NCBI GenBank assembly: GCA_002269645.1
Contig: NIVC01000916.1
Coordinates: 227,354 to 291,353, forward strand
Direction: 5' to 3'
DNA length: 64,000 nt
Source: Macrostomum lignano
Taxonomy: Eukaryota
In this document: positions 63,318 to 64,000 of the stretch, in pieces
How positions within the stretch are numbered: the first letter of the stretch is position 1
How the letters are laid out: each line of letters begins with the position of its first letter
The notes under the pieces: model-generated
Databases searched by the model: none
The model's input: only the letters and a program-made list of their open reading frames with translations
Told to the model about the DNA's origin: nothing
Made by a program: the position numbers and the translations under genes

Positions 63318-63720
63318 CATGGAAGCGTCATGAAAAAAAAATCATAAAAGCGTCATGTAAACAATCATAAATGCGTCATATAAACAATCATAGAAGTGTC
63401 ATATAAACAATCATAGAAGCGTCATGTGAAAAGCATAGAAGCGTCATATAAACAATCATAGAAGCGTCATATAAACAATCATAGAAGCGTCATGTAAAAA
63501 ATCATAGAAGCGTCATGTAAAAATCATAGAAGCGTCCTGTAAACAATCATAGAAGCGTTATGTAAAAATCATAGAAGCGTCATGTAAACATTCATAGAAG
63601 CGTCATGTAAAAAGCATAGAAGCGTCATGTAAAAAATCATGAAAGCGTCATGTAAAAAATTAAGAAGCATCATGGTAGAATAAAAGAAGCGTCATGTCAG
63701 ACATGAAGGGTGTCATGTAA
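63318..63720. repeat. About 23-bp minisatellite (atcatagaagcgtcatgtaaaa)
   Basis: About 16 units. Confidence 0.92.
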
Positions 63721-64000
63721 AAATTAAATGCAGCTATAATGCTGTGCTGGGGAGAAAAACTGAGACGTAAAGGCTCTCAGAGAATAACTAAGATTACGGG
63801 GGGGGGGTTTCTGAGATGTCAAAGCAAAATTCAGAAGCTACTTCAAAGTTCATGTACTTTACTCAATTTTTTTATTGCATTCTTTGTTGGCTCGCCACGG
63901 GGGGGGGCGCTGATAGAAGAAGAGTCATGTAAAAAAGAAAAGAAGCACTATGTATACATAAAAGAAAAGTCATGGCGAAGTTAAAAGATTCATTTGGGAA

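Overview
Repeat-rich genomic DNA from an animal, with GT-AG introns, GC-rich exons and minisatellite-filled introns. The style recalls the flatworm Macrostomum, but that is inference only. Four host genes can be reconstructed by hand: (1) a secreted fibrinogen-related-domain (FReD) gene with a 21-bp coding repeat and several frame lesions (371-2262, +); (2) a complete six-exon GGA clathrin adaptor with VHS, GAT and GAE domains (4712-19284, +), including a small exon 1 absent from the ORF track; (3) a DYRK1/minibrain kinase (31610-34865, +); (4) a Scratch-type zinc-finger gene (39587-41146, -, 5' exon unresolved). Mobile DNA: a young 4.56-kb Mag-like Gypsy element with TSD, nested in an older relative and missing its protease catalytic motif; a truncated second Gypsy; two inverted solo LTRs; a 2.8-kb modular foldback element with a 9-bp TSD; hAT-type and other MITEs; and a decayed PHD-type LINE ORF1. 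About 20 distinct mini/microsatellite arrays explain most of the long ORFs in the track. The most notable unexplained pattern is multi-kb, almost CpG-free AT-rich domains over GGA intron 1 and upstream of the first DYRK1 coding exon. Repeats inside these domains show C>T/G>A decay, while downstream exons, the scratch intron and old intergenic LTRs keep their CpGs. All counts and alignments were done by eye.
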